A stretch of 64,000 nt of DNA from Callorhinchus milii. Lineage: Eukaryota. The notes under the pieces were generated by a model. The model did not search any database. It had not been told where the DNA came from and saw only the letters and a list, made by a program, of their open reading frames with translations. This document shows positions 1 to 13,051 of this stretch, in pieces. The stretch's first letter is position 1. Each line of letters begins with the position of its first letter. The position numbers and the translations under genes are program-made. The stretch is from assembly GCF_018977255.1 (NCBI RefSeq), contig NW_024704743.1, positions 53,198,001 to 53,262,000 of the forward strand, read 5' to 3'.

Positions 1-427
1 TAGTGACTGTTTACTACACCAGAAATTTCATTTCAAAGCAGAAAATGTATACGGAATTATACATTCCCATAATTTCAGCTCTTATGCATTTATAACAGTG
101 TCCTTCATTTTTCTGAAATTCTGAATCTTTGGTCAATAGGAAGTGAGTAACCCCTAGATTTTAAATCCAAGCTTGATAATGGCTACATCACTTTTTGTTG
201 ACTTATTCAGGTTTTTCTATTACTCTTGCCAACATGATAGTCCTATGTTACACAATTTCTGCTCTTCACCTAGATTATCCATAAACTGATGAAGTACTGA
301 GCACGGAGGTTTCCTACAAAATCAACCATGAAGTTAGCCATTAAAAGGTAAGCATTTTTTTTAAGTCTTGAAGGGGTGAGGATCCTATGGATGGAAGAGG
401 AGAATGATGACCTTGATTACAAGATAC

Positions 428-502
428 CTTCTCATCATTCAGCATTTTCTTCAGTTTACATCTGTACCAGCATTGGTCCTCAGAATACAATCCACCATAA
501 AT
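428..502 (-). CDS. STK31: STK31 coding exon (Tudor domain), IYGGLYSEDQCWYRCKLKKMLNDEK; gene continues off window start
   Basis: 75 nt, ttacAG| ... aag|GTatc, phase 0/0; closely resembles recalled human STK31 IYGGLFSEDQCWYRCKV; lies next to FAM221A as in human. Confidence 0.9.
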
Positions 503-2015
503 CTGTAAGAACAAAAAATAAATACACTTTTGTTACCTTGCAAAACATATGCTATGTTCTGAATAAAGATCAAACAAAAAATAAATGAACACTAGCTAAA
601 TCAAAAACAGAAGTCGCTGGGAACACTCAGCAGGTCAGGCAGCATCTATGGAGAAAGGAAAGTGAGTCAAAGTTTCAGGTCCATGACCCTTCGTCAGAAC
701 TGGAACATGTTTGGGAGGAAGAGGCTTTTAAGGGCTAACAGAGATGGGGGAGGCAGGACATGGAAGACAAAGGAGAAAATGGGGTAGAGGACAGGGGATG
801 ATGGGTTGAAGAGGTGTTAATGATACAAAACAAAGTGGGAGAAATTGCAATAAAACGGGCAGATCAGGGAGAGAAAAGGTGCGTCTGGGACCAAAATGAT
901 GTAGTAATGGTCACAGAAGAGGGGGAGGGGGAATGTGAGCTGTTATGGTCTGAAATTGTTGAAATCAATATTGAGGCCAGAGGGCAGTAAGGTCCTTAGC
1001 TGTTCCTCGAGCTTGCGCTGTGGCTCATTTGAACAGCGTAGGAGACCATGAATCATTGTATCCCACTGAAAATTTGCTCCTCTCAATCTCTGCATATTCC
1101 TATAACCTTAAACTGCTCTGAATCAGATATCTATCCAGTTATTTTCAGAGAGTTAATCACACATGAACTGATTTTGTTCAGAATCCATTCTTTACATCCA
1201 CTTTTCCATGAGGAAAATACATTATAATTACCAGTTTGATACTTTTTAAAGTTTTAAACCTCTGCCCTCTGGTTCTGCTGTCACAGTCAAAGCCAACCAG
1301 ATCATGCCCCCTGTGCCCGTAAATATTTTCTCCAATGAAAACAAGTTCAGCTCTGCAATTCTCTCTTCATAACTTAAGTAAGCAACACAAGGCTTCCTCT
1401 CTCCAAAACGTTAGGGAAAATGTAACAAAGGTTAGGCTATGTCAACAGTGACTGCACTTACACCATTTATATAGACAGTTATGTTGTACTGTTAAAGCAA
1501 TTCAATAACATGAACTCCAGGCAAGTGAAGTAGCATCTGACAAGCAGTGTTCGTCACATCTGACATGCTATATCTGAGGAGCTTCACGTTCTGGCTAAAC
1601 CTTAGATTGCTGTAAAAGCAGAAAAGTGCTTCAAATTTCAAACAAATCCAGTGGAGATGGCCCATTTTCACTGGCTATACTCATTGTTGACACAATCTTC
1701 CAAGCACCAGTAACTAGGTCAATAAGATTCCTTTAGTTATTTTAGCTCCAGCTATTATTCAAACTGATGCACAAGGTTTCGGAAGCCAAAAAAAATTAAT
1801 GTCAAAGAAATCAGTTCATCTTGATGTGAAGAATAGAAATTCAGGGCCAAACACACTCAGAAAGGAGATGAATCCTATATCAAGAACATCAGAACTCTGA
1901 GCATTGCATTGAGATAGATGCAAAACAAATGGGGAGGTGAGAATAAAGACATCAAAGTAATCCTTAAAAATGCTCTCCTCCCAATCCCCTCCACCCAATG
2001 TACTTCGAAAAATAC

Positions 2016-2114
2016 CTTTTCAGGGACAGGATCTCCAAAAACCTTTGCAGCAAAGGGACAGATTTCAGTCAAGGCAGTAAATGTCTTAAGAAGTTCATGG
2101 ATTAATTCAGTATT
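2016..2114 (-). CDS. STK31: STK31 coding exon, NTELIHELLKTFTALTEICPFAAKVFGDPVPEK
   Basis: 99 nt, ccAG| ... aag|GTatt, phase 0/0; aligns with recalled human ...LSEVCPQASSVLGNLDPNK. Confidence 0.85.
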
Positions 2115-3262
2115 CTGGATGGAGTATAAAGACAGACAAGTACAAAAGCAATGTTCATTAGTTACATTGTTTATACCACATTAAAATAGTTTCAAACAAT
2201 AATTCTACAATCAGATTCTCATGCCATCTTGTGATAAATTATACATTTGTTTCAAATACAAGATTGGTGAGATTCAAGTGCCACTTCAAAATATATTTTC
2301 TCTGTAATGCAATAAATGCGACCTTTATACTAATAATGTGCAGACGACCACTATTGCGTGGATCAGTGGCCAAAACATTGTATTCCAAAAAGGCACTACC
2401 CGGAGGCGTCATTTTGGATCAGAATCTGCAATGCACATAGAATCTAGTGCACAAAACTATTGAAGGAAAATTAGAAATCAATGGAATAGATCTAGCCAGC
2501 CATTTCAGGTAATGATGGCAAATAGGAGGTACTGAAACCAGTTCTGTTTGTGGGACACTTCTGCACGGAATTGGCTGCTGCGTTTTGCCCACAAAATATG
2601 CAATCGATTCACTTTGCAGTATATTCTGTGAAGCGCCTTGAGACGTCTTGAAGACTATATCAATGCGAGGATTATTATTATATTATTATTCTGTGCTCTG
2701 GAACTCCATTTTCATTTTGGACTACATCAGCAACTTGTGTGTTTATAAATACATCGATGTAAAATGAAAATGCAGCTCTAAGCTATTCCCATGACTCGGT
2801 GACCTTATTCTGCAAATAACTAAGTTACAAAAAGCAGAAAGCTGCAAGGTTCCCCAGTTTGTGTTAATTTATCTGATCTCAGCCAGTGTGTGTGTGAAAA
2901 AAAAGCATGGCCCTAGCCTGGATCAGTGGATTGGGCATCCGTGCTCCAGGTCACAGTGGGGAGAGTCAACTAGGGTTTGGATCCTGTCAGCTACAACAAA
3001 CACTGAAGAATTTTTTTTTTTTTAAAATGCAGCTCTAGTGCACAGACAACAATGAAATATGGATAAGTATCTCCCATCCCTGCTCATTAACGATTTTCTG
3101 GGTTATTTAAAAAATATTTGCTCCAATTGCTTTTATGTTCTGTCCCAAGAGTGTAAATGCAGTGCTTTCAAACAAGTCTCAGTATTTTGTTCTTTCACCA
3201 TTTATGATGTAAGAGACGGTTTTCATTTAAATTTTACTAGAAGATAATCCACCTGGCATTAC

Positions 3263-3324
3263 CTGACCCCAGAAAGTAATTGGATCCTCGATGTGGCTCC
3301 CCATCACTTCTTCAATCTTTAATG
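3263..3324 (-). CDS. STK31: STK31 coding exon, (A)LKIEEVMGSHIEDPITFWGQ
   Basis: 62 nt, ttgcAG| ... cag|GTaat, phase 1/0; matches recalled human VEDVVGSHIEDAVTFWAQ. Confidence 0.88.
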
Positions 3325-3624
3325 CTGCAAGTTAGAAACACGTTCTTCCGTTATACTTTTCTTGTTACATTTTCATTTTTTGTTCAATATTTAGAAAAAA
3401 CATCCATGAAGATAAATGAATACACAGTATTTAAAATTTGACTCTAAATCATTTTTATAATGCTGATCGCATTAAAATTCTTCAAAGTAATTAATTTGAT
3501 TATTGATTAGAACATCAGGGGCTGTGCCTATTCTTCAGATGAACATTAAATATCGCACAACCCAAAATAAGTTTTTCCAGGTGCCATGCCCGCTTGTTCC
3601 TTCACATTAATTATTCATTCCTGT

Positions 3625-3975
3625 GAAGTCCTGTAGCTTAGTAGTTAGAGCACTCGCCTCGCAAGCGAGAGACCTCGTAAGGTTTAATTCCCGGCAGTGT
3701 GGAACGTTAGGCAAGTTTCCATACTCCACACGCCTCTGTAAGTAGTAGTAAGTAGGAACCTGGTGGTTAATCGATTGGCGGATCGCTTTTACGGTGTAAT
3801 AATTCCTTAAAAAAAATTGGTCACTCAATCCAGGACTGCTGTGCACAATTGGCTACCGCGTTTCACCCCACAAAATATACAGTGAATTCACTTCACAGCA
3901 TATTCTGTGAAGCGCTTTGAGACATCTCGAAGACGTGATAAAGCACTATATCAAATGCAAGGATTATTATTATTC
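3625..3975 (+). mobile_element. tRNA-derived SINE, long subtype, with L2-like tail ending (ATT)n
   Basis: A-box-like TAGCTTAGTAG, B-box-like GGTTTAATTCC, body shared with many copies, tail AAGCACTATATCAAATGCAAGGATTATT. Confidence 0.9.
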
Positions 3976-4724
3976 ATTGTATGGCTAGTTTAAATACCCC
4001 TATACGAAAATTGAAGATCACGTTTGCCTGTAAATGCAATCACTTGGCCACAATTACCTGTGAGATACTTCTGAGATGTTTTGACTTTACAAATCAAACT
4101 CAAGGATGATTATTATTTGTATACACGGTTTACATTAAGCCACACAGTCAATGCCCCCAAAAAGATGTGTCTCTTGAAAATCAGATAAAATACGAAAACA
4201 GATTTGAGGAAGGTAAATGGGGGAGGGAAGAACCACAAGCACTGAATGAGATGTCTAATGCTCCAAGGCTTATACTGATCAATCAAGAATGTATTGAAAT
4301 ATACTGACTATTACCTTGGTATATTGATAGCAGCAAACGAATGTCCCAGAAGAATTGGGGGTCAAACCCGCGTCCCCCCCAACATAAATAATAATCCTTG
4401 CATTTGATACAGCTCCTTTCACATCGATCAGCAATCTCAAAGTGCCTCACTAGGACACATTGCAAAGTCCAATGATTATGCATTCTGCTGGCGATTGCGT
4501 TCTCCTGTCCCACCAACCTATCCTTAATCTTTCATTCACACTTAAGTTATCATGCTATCAATATCCCTACCACATTTACTTATATATTTATCCACATCCC
4601 CAATTTTCCACTCCAGATACATCGTCAATGAACCCTTTTCCCTTGGAATGACTAGTTTTCAGGAATTCCCTTGATTTATAAGAAAAACATGGAAAAACTC
4701 CAGTAACAACTGTGAGTTACAGAC

Positions 4725-4764
4725 CTTTGCCATCCGAAGTGTTCGTTTCTCTTCCATCATCCAT
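4725..4764 (-). CDS. STK31: Probable STK31 start-codon exon, MDDGRETNTSDGK
   Basis: ATG at 4764, phase-1 donor g|GTctgt compatible with the next exon; candidate acceptor puts the exon start at 4778; only weak similarity to human MDEDTHYDK. Confidence 0.55.
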
Positions 4765-6451
4765 TCCTCAACAAGTTGCTAAACAAATATGAAAGGTCAT
4801 TTTTTTGATACTGTTTGTTTCTTTGCATTCCCTTCCAAACTAAAGTCATCCCCATTTCCTCCTACACAATGTAAGAGGGTGTAGATATTCTTATTGACAA
4901 AAACAACAACTAGTGCCCATTTTTCAATTCTCTGTATACCACACTGTTTAGATAAAGAACTTACAACATACCTTTAAGCACACTGCTTATTGCATATTGC
5001 TCATTTTTAATACAAAGTCAGGAACATACTATTTCTTCCTGGAAAGGTTGAGACAGGCCCTTTGTGCACTACCATTGTTATCGTTTGCTACAAGATCAGG
5101 TTTTGGAAGAAATCCAGGAATAAGTGTCATGCGTCAACAAAAGTTCACATCCTTGAAATATGGAATGACATTTTAGAACTTAAAATGGATGCCAGTTATT
5201 TTCTTTATGTCTTCATATCAGATAAGGTGACCCCCAACAACTTTCTTCTACTTTCTCATCAATGCTGACCTCTAACCTGACCTATTCTCTCCCTCCAGTC
5301 CTGTGATTATAAGTCTAAATGCCTTGAACCATTTGTTGAGCCCGTCACCAATCCATATTGGTGCAGCACATTTGTACACCCAGACCATCCACATAAGCAA
5401 AGTGTAAAAGGTGCTAAAGACGATCCAGGAAAAGTATGGCGATCAGCAGATTACTGTAATCTACTTATAACAAAAACAAGTTTGCAGAATTCTCAAAAAT
5501 GTAATTTAAAAATGAATTCTAAAATATGACCCTACGTAAATTCTCCAGTAGCATCCATACACAAGCAAAAGTATTCATTTCACACACAATAGTTGCACTG
5601 TACTCAGTTATCTACAAAAAGTGCTTCCCGTGTGAAACCTTTCCAATTAATAAATACTTTTAAACCTTTACTTAGCAAGTCCCACCTTGGGTTGAGGGCC
5701 CCAAAATACGCTTCAATTATTCCCAGTTTGACACTTTTGACACATCAGATTGAAATGCATTTGTCCAATAGTTAATCACTAGTCTTCTCATCTTTGAGCT
5801 CATTTCGGTCAATCAAGACATAACTTTTTGTATTTTGCCCATTTCGAAAATGTCGGTGCTCAGGACAGAAGTAGAAACAAGAATCTGGATTTATAAAGTG
5901 TGTGCGGTGGTGTTGAGAGGGAGTATAGAAAAAGTACAAAGCTCAAGTAAAAATAATAAAGAATGGGGAAAATAGAAATCAAAATAAAAAAAAAGTATTG
6001 TATCTAAAAAGCTTGGATATATTACTATAATAAAGCTAATGCTGATATGGCAGCTTTATTGCTCCTATATGGTTTGCTTTTGTCAAAGCTGAAAGCCTAA
6101 AGCAGTTTTAATTGTCTAAATCTAATAGTTTTGTGGAGGGCGTTTTGAGTCCCTCTGATTGCAGATATATATAAATATAAATATAAAACACTAACGTGGA
6201 GCACAATGATGGTTCCTTGTGAAACACTGAGCCTGAGCCGCACAGACAGACGGACTGCAATTAAAGATACAATACCTCTGGGCGACCCTTATCGTTGCTC
6301 ACTGTTTTCAGAGATAGAGAAATAACCCGAATGCCAACGTCTCCTGACCGCGCCTCCCCCCCGTTTCAAGAGCAAACAGTTCGCGCAATCCCCTGTGTCC
6401 GTACACAAAGCATTGGGTTCAATACCAAAGGGCTGAAGAGTAGCTTCGAGC

Positions 6452-7105
6452 TTCCACCCAGAGCCTCGCGCCCTCCCCCCCCCGCCCGGGCCACGTTCCA
6501 CCCAGAGCCTCGCCCCCCCGGGCCACGTTCCACCCAGAGCCTCGCGCCCTCCCCCCCCCGCCCGGGCCACGTTCCACCCAGAGCCTCGCGCCCTCCCCCC
6601 CCCCCCGGGCCACGTTCCACCAGAGCCTCGCGCCCCCCCCCCCCGGGCCACGTTCCAACCAGAGCCTCGCGCCCCCCCCCCCCCCCGGGCCACGTTCCAC
6701 CCAGAGCCTCGCCCCCCCGGGCCACGTTCCACCCAGAGCCTCGCGCCCCCCCGCCCCGGGCCACGTTCCACCCAGAGCCTCGCGCCCCCCCCTCCCCGGG
6801 CCACGTTCCACCCAGAGCCTCGCCCCCCCGGGCCACGTTCCACCCAGAGCCTCGCGCCCCCCCGCCCCGGGCCACGTTCCACCCAGAGCCTCGCGCCCCC
6901 CCGGGCCACGTTCCACCCAGAGCCTCGCGCCCCCCCGGGCCACGTTCCACCCAGAGCCTCGCGCCCCCCCGCCCCGGGCCACGTTCCACCCAGAGCCTCG
7001 CGCCCCCCCGGGCCACGTTCCACCCAGAGCCTCGCGCCCCCCCGGGTCACGTTCCACCCAGAGCCTCGCGCCCCCCCGCCCCGGGCCACGTTCCACCCAG
7101 AGCCT
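6452..7105. repeat. GC-rich minisatellite, ~18 copies of a 32-42 bp unit GGGCCACGTTCCACCCAGAGCCTCGCG(C)n
   Basis: Direct reading; unit length varies through the poly-C run. Confidence 0.97.
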
Positions 7106-7139
7106 CTCGTGCCGTCCAACACGTGCGATGAAGAGGCTG

Positions 7140-7560
7140 AACCACGGGACGGGCTCACCCTCCCCACCTGTTAGCGCACCGCACCGCTCCCTGCAAACCA
7201 CCGTGACAGCTACACTCCACCTGCCTGCAACCACTGGGCTTTGCTGTAACTACCTCACCTCCTGCAACTGCAGCCACTCTGCCTCTTGGCTCTTTGCCAG
7301 CAATTAAGACACGTTTTCTAACCCCAAATGTTAGCCCCAATATCACAAGTCATAAGCAGGAGAATGGCCGATTTAGGTTTAGTGCTTTCGAAACTGTAAG
7401 AAAAGGTCTTCAAAGGGAAAAAAAAAGCACATTTCGCAGGTTCCCAATTTTAAATCAAATTACACACCCGACTAAAGCCGTTTTTTTCACGCGTATTACA
7501 ACAAAAACACGTCTAATTGGACGTGAACCCACCCAATCTCCTGCTGCCCCTCCTAAACAA
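7140..7560 (-). promoter_or_regulatory. Putative STK31 first non-coding exon and promoter
   Basis: CpG-enriched patch; minus-strand donor gagg|GTGAGC at 7158; lies between the FAM221A 3' end and the first STK31 coding exon. Confidence 0.4.
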
Positions 7561-7618
7561 CCTGCCTCTCATCAGCAAGTTGTTGATGCAAATAATAATA
7601 GTCCTTGATTTTGATATT

Positions 7619-7925
7619 GGAGTCCTGTAGCTCAGTGGTTAGCGCACTCGCTTTGTAAGTGAGAGACCTGAGTTCAATTCCAGGCACAGGGCGAAACCTT
7701 GGGCAAGTTTCCTTACTCCAAACAGAGCCTAATAATAATCCCTCCCAAACCAAAAACAATAATAAAAATTGGTCATTTTCAATCCACGACTGTTTGTTGA
7801 ACATTGCTGTGCGCAATTGGCTGCCGCGTTCGCCCACAAATATAGTCAATTCACTTTACAGTGTGTCTGTGAAGCACTTTGGGACAAAAGCGCTATATCA
7901 AATGCAAGGATTATTATTATTATTG
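7619..7925 (+). mobile_element. tRNA-derived SINE, short subtype
   Basis: GGAGTCCTGTAGCTCAGTGGTTAG head, GTTCAATTCC B box, (ATT)n tail. Confidence 0.92.
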
Positions 7926-8619
7926 CAACTTGTCACATTATTGAGACGTTTTAAAGCGCTTTACAGGATATACTGTAAACTGATTTGACTGTATTTGTCG
8001 GCGAAACCTAATAAACAGACTATTTGGATTTGTACAATGTTCCATTTTTACATTGGCAGGTTTCAAATATCCTGAGGTGCAAAATGTGCTGCAATATCAA
8101 ATCATCTATGTGAATTAATCATGAAAATTAATAGAAAATTTGCAGAAAAATTTGACAAATTATGCAGAAAATTGTGGGGAGTTGATTGCTATCTTGAGAG
8201 ACATTTTAATGCTAAGCTACATTTTTTCACTGATGATAAAAACTAAACATAAAGAAATAACACATCATACATTTGTTGCAAAAAATATAATGCATTCTTT
8301 AACATAAACTGGGTGGCCCACTTGGGGGGGTAAAACACTAGTGAATTGCTGAATGGTCCATTTCCACCCCATACTACATTTGAAGGCCTGGAGATCCCCC
8401 GAACACCAGCATTGCTCGCAAAGCTCGCCAGCGTCCTGACCCCGGGGCTCCAGGAGGTCACCATTTCCTACCTCTCGGGGCCCACCACCGCACACAGACA
8501 CCCAGAGAGCGCTCCGGGACGCTACCCCGCTTGAAGGGCGCTATATAAATTGTTGAGAAAGATACAAACTCACAGAGAGCAAAGCACCCACACCCCCACA
8601 CACAGACATGCGCACAGAC

Positions 8620-8932
8620 AATAATAGTAATAATCCTTGAGTTTGATATAGCGCTTTTTCACGTCTTCCAGACGTCTCAAAGTGCTTTACAGTATATACA
8701 GTGAATTGATTGTATATTTGTGGGCAAAACACAGCAGCCAATTGCGCACAGCAATGTCCCATAAACAGTCGTGGATTGAAGTGACCAATTTATTTTTTTT
8801 ACTTTTTCTTGAAGGAATATTATCAGGCATGTGGAGCAAGGAAACTTGCCCAAGGTTTCGCTCTGCCGGAAATCAAACCCAGGGCTCTCACTTGCGAGGC
8901 GAGCGCTCTAACCACTGAGCTACAGTACTCCA
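8620..8932 (-). mobile_element. tRNA-derived SINE, short subtype
   Basis: Reverse-complement copy of the 7619 element. Confidence 0.9.
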
Positions 8933-9204
8933 CGTCCTTTGACAACCTCAATCTCAGCAGCAGAGCCTGTCCCCGGGTGGGGGCTGTCATTAGCCCAGAC
9001 CCCCGGCCACAGTCACTCACCAGCGAGCGAAGCCCATTTCTCCTATTTTAGTCGGCATTTGCAGTAACTTTTTTCTGTATTGAACTTAATTTACCAGTCA
9101 TTAGCCTGCGTGCTTGCACAATCAAGCTCTATTTGTAAGACCTTCTCTGCCTCCTCTGATCCCACTTGTCATAATTAAGGTTCAATGTTACTAATCCCAA
9201 CGTC

Positions 9205-9445
9205 TCCACTTTGTCTCTTCAAATGGCTTCTCCTCCCATCTTTGCACTGTCACGTGTGGCATTCCTCAGGGTTCTATCCTTGGTCTTCTCCTTTTTAATA
9301 TCTACAAGCTCCCGCTCCGCGAAGACATCAGTAGATATGGAATTAACTTCCACGTGTATGTGGATGACACCCAACTTTATCTCTGCCTCCACCCTCGTTT
9401 CCAGAACGACTGCTGTTTTAGTTAGATAACAAGTCCTGGATGAGA
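9205..9445 (+). mobile_element. Decayed L2-clade LINE reverse transcriptase fragment
   Basis: Remnants of GIPQGSILG and YVDDTQLY motifs (ggcattcctcagggttctatccttgg, tatgtggatgacacccaact). Confidence 0.7.
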
Positions 9446-9574
9446 AAATAGGAAGAGGCCAAGATAACCACTTCTTAAAATCTGGGGATACTCCTCTCTC
9501 CAAATAGGGGTCACCCAAAATCTATAGGTGGAGACTTGAATTACAAATACAAATGATCACCTTTCAACAGCTAA

Positions 9575-9895
9575 ATAATAATATAATAATAATAATCCTT
9601 GCATTTGATATAGCGCTTTTCACGTTGGGAGGACGTCCCAAAGCGCTTCACAGAACACTGTAAAGTGAATTGACTGTATATTTGTGGGCGAACGCGGCAG
9701 CCATTTGCGCACAGCAATGTCCCACAAACAGTCGTGGATTGAAAATGACTAATTTATTATTGATTTTGGTTTTGGAGGGATTATTATTAGGCATGTGGAG
9801 TAAGGAAACTTGCCCAAGGTTTCGCCCTGCCTGGAATTGAACTCAGGTCTCTCGCTTGCAAAGCGAGTGCTCTAACCATTGAGCTACAGGACTCC
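9575..9895 (-). mobile_element. tRNA-derived SINE, short subtype
   Basis: Full head to (AAT)n tail on the reverse strand. Confidence 0.92.
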
Positions 9896-11413
9896 TGTAA
9901 AGGAGAAGTTCCAGGTTCCACATCAGAATTTTATTTATTTACAAATACGAAATTTTCTCTCAGATTCTCTTATCTTACCTCAAGTCCAATACGCATCTAT
10001 CCCTATAGAATTGTATCTCTACAATCCCAGCCCCTTGGATCAACATGTCTCCACAATATATACCAGATTCTCCTCTATTGAGGAAGATTTCGCAGACTAC
10101 ATGGAACATCTCATAGTCCTGATGGCTCAAGCAGTGATTCTCATTATTTGAGCTTCTGCTTTCCAAATTTGATAGAGAAGATCCCCCCCATTCAACGTTG
10201 TCAATGTTTCTCACATCTTTGTTTTGTTATTTGTTTCAATGCCTGAGTTTCTAGTTTTATTGTATTTTTAATTATTTCTGTTAAACAAATTCCAGGAGTA
10301 CCATTACTACTCACTGGAAAATTCCCCTCTCCAATTATGATTTACTGTATCATGCTTTTTGTCAATTTTACTCGGCAAACACTGGCATGCTTCATGTCCT
10401 CCGCCCGATCTGCCCCACCATTCGCAAGCAGGCTTTCAGCTTTTCTGCCCGCTATCTGGAAATCTATCCCAGAGACCCACCAATTTGCTTGCTCCCTTTG
10501 TTCAGGGCATGTTTCAAAACGTACCTCTTTGACTGAACTTTCAGGCATTTCCCTCCCCATCCCCTAGACTCCCATCCCCAGCGTGGGTGCTCTTCTGTCA
10601 ATGTCAAGCACTTTGCGATGTCCTCCAGATGTGAAAGGTGGTATATAAATATCTTCTCTTCAACCACGCCTTCAGCTCTCCTCTCAACTCTTTCTCTTCA
10701 ACCGTGCCTTCAGCTCCCCTCTCGACTCTCTACCCCCTCCTCGCTCCCTCCCTTCCCTCCCCTCAACCTGACCATTTCCCCCCTGCTCGGGTACCGACCC
10801 AACTGTCCAGCGCCTTGGGACATCCTTCCGACGTGAAAGGCGCTCTATAAGTGCAATCTTGTTGTTGTTGTAAATGTAAATTTTATTCTCTAGCTGATCA
10901 CATTTGAAGACCTACATTTGAAGTTTTACCCGCTGATTTGCAATCCAGTAAAAGCATAAGAGCAGTTCATTTTTCTTAGCTGATTTTTTAGCAAAAATGC
11001 CACATTTCTACCTATGCTGTCAGAGAAGGTAAGGTTACTGACTCAGATAACCTGCATTCTCTTTTTGGTAAATGAATTGTGTAACAATGCTAATTATAAC
11101 AAAAACATCAGAATTGCGGTGAATTTTCAGTTATTTGTTGTTACAATAGGTTATTATTTCTTAATATCTCAGTATTTAGCTTTCTGCAAGCATTCAAATG
11201 GTTTACAATTTTCACATCCAAGGTTTTATTTGTATAGAGATGACATTACAGTAGACGTGTTCATGAAATTCAGTTAACAGTTTCAAACACAAAATTGTGA
11301 TGACAGTAACTGTTTACATTGTTTATTTCAACAATTACATGCTGACAATTACGTGCTGATGTACCAGTGGAAAAAAAGAGGCTTGTTGAAATTCGTTTCA
11401 TCTGTTACCACCT

Positions 11414-11512
11414 TCATTTTTTTGGTTCTTTTGGAGAATTTGGCAATTGTGAAATATTTCCTTCAGGTTTGATACGTTCTTTTTGTTTCTTTGCCTGCCT
11501 TTCCCATTTCAG
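11414..11512 (-). CDS. FAM221A: FAM221A exon 7 (terminal), LKWERQAKKQKERIKPEGNISQLPNSPKEPKK*
   Basis: ttctAG| acceptor, phase 0, TGA at 11416-11414; minus-strand AATAAA near 11325 and 11228. Confidence 0.75.
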   Translation of the reverse strand: MKWERQAKKQKERIKPEGNISQLPNSPKEPKK

Positions 11513-12965
11513 CTAGAATACAAAAAGCTAAGTATTAAGTCATAAATATAATGTAGCAATCAGGGATATAATTAATGAACATTTATTGAACAAAATCACA
11601 ATGTACACCACCAGCACAAAACCATCTAAGAATGAATTTACATTACATCATCTAGTTCATAAATTGTACTTCTTCAAAAATTCAAGAGAGGTTCGTAATC
11701 ACCTGGTTATGTTACTCTATGGGTAATGAAATACTTCCTACAGTTTATCCTGAAATTGTCCCTTTTAACTTTAAACATGTGTCCTCATGTTCTGCTATCT
11801 TGATATATCTGAAAGTATTGGACTGGACTTAGATCCCCAATCCCATTTAAAATCTAAAAGGTCTTCTCTGAGATCCCTTTTCAAAATTGAAGAGCTCTAA
11901 CCTAGATTATTGCTAATTATTGCTCGTAGCTCACTCCTTAACCCGGGTAGGCGCTTGAAAAGTAAAAAATTGCAAGGATATAGGGAAAGAGTGGGGCTAA
12001 TTGGATAGCTATTCCAAAGAGCTGGCACAGGCACGATGAGCCAAATGGCCTCCTTCTGCGCTGTAATAATCTATTATTCTATAATTACTACAGAGTGTCC
12101 TGCAGTCTCCCCTGATCATTTGGTTTGTGAAAGACTGAGAGAATTTCCACAAAGTTGAATATATTCAAAATGCAGCAGGATTTTAAAATGCATCTTTACA
12201 TCCTCACGTACTAAATGCAAACAGAAAGAAAATGAAAATTACACATCATCTTACATTACAACATTAGCCAGTTCTGATAATGATTTTATCACATTTGTGT
12301 GTGTGTGTGTGTATGGGTGGGTGGGGGGTTGTTGATGCATCAGAGTTGTTTGTACACTCAATTCATTTCAGGTGACCCACAGTCATTGTGGTATGCAGGC
12401 TAATCGCTTATTAGAAATTTCCATGACTTTGAAGTAATAACTTTCTGTTTCAAAGTGTGTGCATTTCATCAATTGTAGTAAAATTCTCTATTGTGCCTAG
12501 CTCTTAGAAATCAGAATGTAGAGCATCCAATAACAACAAATTACATTTGTATGTGTACATTTGGACGTCCTTTCAAATTACAATTGTGTAGCCCTTTCAC
12601 ATCAGGAGAATGTCCCAGCTGGACAGTCAAGGATTTGCACCCGAGCTGGGGGTTGGGATCAGGAGGGCAAGGAGGGTGAGGGTAGGAACGTGACCGAATG
12701 CATGGTTGATGAGGAACGTCATGAGACGGGCCTTGAATGAGGCAAGGGAGGGAGAGTGGTGAAGGGACTGTTGGTATATATAATGCAATATTTACCCATT
12801 GATCTACCCCATATCTGCTCAATTCTTTACAAGGTAGTTGAATTCCTGGAAGTGTTTCAGTAAGCTTTGTGGTCCAAAACAACCTCTTAGGAACAAAATG
12901 TATTGTAAACTTATAAAGCACTCTGTAATATCTGTTGTATTCTTACTAGACTTATGTGAACATAC

Positions 12966-13051
12966 CCGTTCCTGGTATCGACTTTCAAAATAAGCCATGT
13001 CTCTTTCCTCAGCTGTGGGAAGATGTGCAAATTTGCTTAAACCAGACACAC
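12966..13051 (-). CDS. FAM221A: FAM221A exon 6, VSGLSKFAHLPTAEERDMAYFESRYQER
   Basis: 86 nt, phase 1/0, canonical sites; matches recalled human EEDDMAFFERRYQER. Confidence 0.92.

Noticed and set aside
150..300. Next STK31 exon
   Set aside because: Frames checked by hand contain stops and lack the expected YIDYGN Tudor motif; the exon must lie outside the window
6289..7234. ORFs of 216-292 aa
   Set aside because: Translations of the GC-rich minisatellite
7619..7692. tRNA gene-like sequences (also 3625, 9825-9895, 48222, 58770)
   Set aside because: Most continue into a common SINE body and tail; they are SINE heads or decayed relics without an intact cloverleaf
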